Below, in pieces: positions 63,627 to 64,000 of a stretch of DNA of 64,000 bases. Source of the stretch: Petrotoga sp. UBA5851 (lineage in GTDB: Bacteria; Thermotogota; Thermotogae; Petrotogales; Petrotogaceae). Under the pieces are notes generated by a model. The model saw nothing but the letters and a program-made list of their open reading frames with translations. It had not been told where the DNA came from and did no database searches. The stretch lies in the NCBI GenBank assembly GCA_002431635.1, contig DJGH01000008.1:28069-92068 (forward strand), read 5' to 3'. Each line of letters opens with the position of its first letter. Position 1 is the stretch's first letter. Position numbers and translations under genes: made by a program.

Positions 63627-64000
63627 GCACGCGGAATAAAATTTTTTACATACGACAAGCTTATAATCTTTCCTGTTTGGCTTTCGACAGTCATACCTAT
63701 TTTATAAAGTATCTTCAGAGAAAAGATGTTTTCACAGTGGCATTTTGCTTTTACTACAGAAACTGCCGGATTTTGCAGCATGAATGAAAATATAGTTGAG
63801 ACTGCTTCAAAACCATAACCTTTGTTTCTCTGATCCGGAACTATTCCGTAATCTATTGTAAGTGTGCCGTTTATATCAGGAGTTGCTCTGAAGCCCACAT
63901 CTCCTATTATAACTCCGTTGTGACGGAGAATAACCATCCATATCCCGTAGATATCGTGGGAAGGATTGGAGCAAAGCAGTTTTTCCATAGAAAAAAGCTC
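63620..64000 (-). CDS. GNAT (RimJ/RimL-like) N-acetyltransferase, probably 5'-truncated by the window edge
   Basis: QRNKGYGFEAV is a typical acetyl-CoA-binding loop. The frame remains open upstream of the ATG at 63988 to the window end. It overlaps the MGMT-like gene by 7 nt. Confidence 0.6.
   Translation of the reverse strand, partial: ELFSMEKLLCSNPSHDIYGIWMVILRHNGVIIGDVGFRATPDINGTLTIDYGIVPDQRNKGYGFEAVSTIFSFMLQNPAVSVVKAKCHCENIFSLKILYKIGMTVESQTGKIISLSYVKNFIPRAC

Overview
This 64 kb window reads as ordinary chromosome from a low-GC anaerobe. It is densely coding, with about 60 CDS on both strands, one tRNA and one recognisable riboswitch. I saw no transposase, integrase, phage gene, CRISPR array or rRNA. 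A 60-residue single-cluster ferredoxin looks, from memory and not from a search, very like the Thermotoga maritima ferredoxin, so a Thermotogota-type organism is a tentative guess.

Contents:
- A tetrahydrofolate-dependent histidine degradation pathway is split into two loci: ftcD-hutI-cyclodeaminase at 18.2-21.0 kb on the minus strand, and fhs-hutH-hutU at 58.0-63.2 kb on the plus strand.
- Transport genes include metQNI, feoAB, a DUF3798-type sugar ABC system, and an NhaC-family transporter behind a lysine riboswitch. There are also MATE and ABC exporters and MscS, EamA and ArsB/NhaD-like permeases.
- Housekeeping genes include ileS, hfq, minDE, pepT, aroH, a serA-like/aminotransferase pair and tRNA-Trp.
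- Signalling genes are unusually dense: four c-di-GMP enzymes, two complete histidine kinases, one degenerate kinase-like protein and a CheY-like regulator.

The most unusual items are:
- a structured metQNI leader with two tandem terminators and a shared competing helix, which I cannot assign to a known riboswitch class
- a zinc-ribbon/HTH/DUF4065 (Panacea-like) protein translationally wedged between two efflux pumps
- a kinase-dead hybrid sensor coupled to a GGDEF-EAL enzyme
- an intact NYN nuclease gene tightly coupled to hfq
- a GNAT fused to a catalytically degenerate M50-like membrane domain

All calls rest on reading the supplied translations and the DNA. No database search was run. Start codons were refined by looking for Shine-Dalgarno (SD) sequences.
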